DNA of 64,000 nucleotides from Malacoraja senta (Eukaryota). Both the position numbers and the translations under genes were made by a program. The notes under the pieces were generated by a model that saw nothing but the letters and a program-made list of their open reading frames with translations, was not told the origin of the DNA and did no database searches. Below are positions 62,384 to 64,000 of the stretch, one piece after another (the first letter of the stretch is position 1; each line of letters opens with the position of its first letter). The stretch is from positions 3,410,001 to 3,474,000 of the forward strand of contig CM075997.1 of assembly GCA_038087875.1 (NCBI GenBank). The letters run 5' to 3'.

Positions 62384-63765
62384 AAGCGAGTTCGGCATTC
62401 CAAAAAATGCAAGGAATCATGGGATTTGTCAAAGGTCATTCGCCATAAAGAAAAAGCGAACGAAGTGCTGGCTGAATAAACTGTCTATAAATTCTTATCT
62501 CTATTCATAATTTATGTGTAAAAATATATTTAATCTGAGGAATGGGGATGCCAGAGAGCGGGAGAGAGGGGGCAGATGTGAGTGGGAGACAGGGGTAGAG
62601 ACTGGACCTGCTGCACTGCTGCGCACACTCAGACTCGTGTCTCATCCGCGGCCAGGATCGAAACCGGGGTCCCCGGCGCCGCAAGTGCTGCCAAACCGTC
62701 ATTGGACATTCCCTCCCCCCCCCCCCCCCCCGAGTGTCCCATCCCCGCCTAGGGGGGCGGCCGGAGACGTCCGGGGCGACCCTGGAGCAGCGGCCCACAG
62801 CCAGCGCGGAGAAGAAGCGCCAACCCCAGCTCAACTCTGCTTGCCCCGCCAGGCCAACCGACCAGTGTTTCGACTGTGGATGAAATTACCCGAAATTCGG
62901 GAAATTCTGGTTGTCTTCGGGTAATTTTGGGGAAATGAAATAATTTCGGGAAATTTCCCGGTCCGGTAAGCCTTCCCGAACTGCGCACGTGCGGATACCA
63001 GGCACTCTGCGCACGTGCGGCGACACGCGAAGGGGTCCAATCGGGCCCGCGGGATGATTTGCAGAAAAAAAGTATGTACCTGTATAATTACTGCGCAGTT
63101 GGGGGAGGCCCGTCAGGCGCGTCACAATTGAAAATGGTGCCCGTGATGCGATAAGGACGCCGACTCCCTACGCATGCGCAGTGGCCCCGATATCCGCGCG
63201 TGCGCAGTTGGGGATGACTTACCGGGCCGGGAAATACCATAAAATTCCAGGTAATTTGGAATTCTATTTCAGGATTTTTTTTTTGAGGTGTGGAGGCACT
63301 GCAACCGATAGCCCTGGACCGACGGGACAGCGGGCCGGAGCAGCGGCGGCCCACAGGCCCACAGCCAGCGCGGAGAAGAAGCAGCTCAACTCTGCCTGGA
63401 CAAGGAGAGAGGCGCAGCCAACGGCCCCCGGGAGCCGGAGCCCGCACCTCCCCCACCGTGCCTGGACGGGGACGGCCCAGCAGCAACTCAACAGCGCCGG
63501 AGACCCGGGCCCAACCCCGACCACGGACCCCGACCTCGCTCACTCACCGAAGCATAAAGCAATAAAAACGACAAAATAATCTTAGCTTTTATCAAAGGAA
63601 CAATAAATACAACTAATTCATACTTTGAAAGCAGTATTTTCTTACCTAGAAGAATCAAAGCTGGAAAAAAACGGATGAAATATGTACACAGGTCCACGTC
63701 TTCCAGCAATGTTTATGCCGAGTGACCTTTGATGGGCATGCGCAGTCGGAATACCGAACTCGCTT
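62384..63765. mobile_element. Non-autonomous TIR DNA transposon with AT flanks (ISL2EU/Harbinger-related, tentative)
   Basis: 18-bp TIR AAGCGAGTTCGG(C/T)ATTCC with one mismatch; sub-terminal inverted TCAAAGGTCA.TCG.CATAAA (62429-62449 / 63712-63732); AT on both sides. Confidence 0.75.
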
Positions 63766-64000
63766 ATTGGAAAGAACATTGTATCCCAAATTGATTTAAA
63801 ACCAATTAATTATCTTTTGAGCATAACATTTTAAGAGATAACTGAGAAATGCAGTGTGTTATTGACGGTTAGATTGGCAACATTTTGTTGCATAGTGTCA
63901 AGATGTTAAACTAAGTATCACAGTTTCATTCTGCTTTGGTCGTGAAATTTGTTTTCGTATTTTTTGCTATTATTTAGTTTGTGTTGTATTGTCAAAATAT

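Noticed and set aside
60876-63709. Numerous GC-rich ORFs and apparent CpG-island genes
   Set aside because: They fall within TIR-bounded non-autonomous transposons; no transposase or cellular motifs are recognisable.

Overview
Vertebrate genomic DNA, almost certainly from a cartilaginous fish (skate/ray-like, judged from HE1/V-SINE, CR1 and Penelope repeat content). The main gene is ZC3H4 (CCCH zinc-finger subunit of the ZC3H4-WDR82 Restrictor transcription-termination complex) on the minus strand. It has 12 phase-consistent coding segments from ATG 48563 to TAA 17009, about 1360 aa if the 187-N gap is exonic. The gene contains a U12-type AT-AC intron between zinc fingers 2 and 3, a GC-AG last intron, and a His-Gly-Pro repeat exon unlike the human protein as I recall it. 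The last four exons of an unidentified plus-strand gene end at 8986, convergent with ZC3H4. A CpG-island promoter and apparently non-coding first exon of another plus-strand gene lie at about 53.1-53.3 kb. Introns and intergenic DNA are rich in mobile DNA whose ends can be read directly: HE1-like SINEs, CR1, a young L1, an RTE LINE/SINE pair, Tc1, hAT, Harbinger and ISL2EU-like non-autonomous elements, and a Helitron. There are also many short, TSD-flanked Penelope-derived units with a minimal hammerhead-ribozyme-like core (CTGAAGA-stem-GAAAC), as monomers and as head-to-head palindromes. All identifications were made by eye and from recalled family features; no searches were run.
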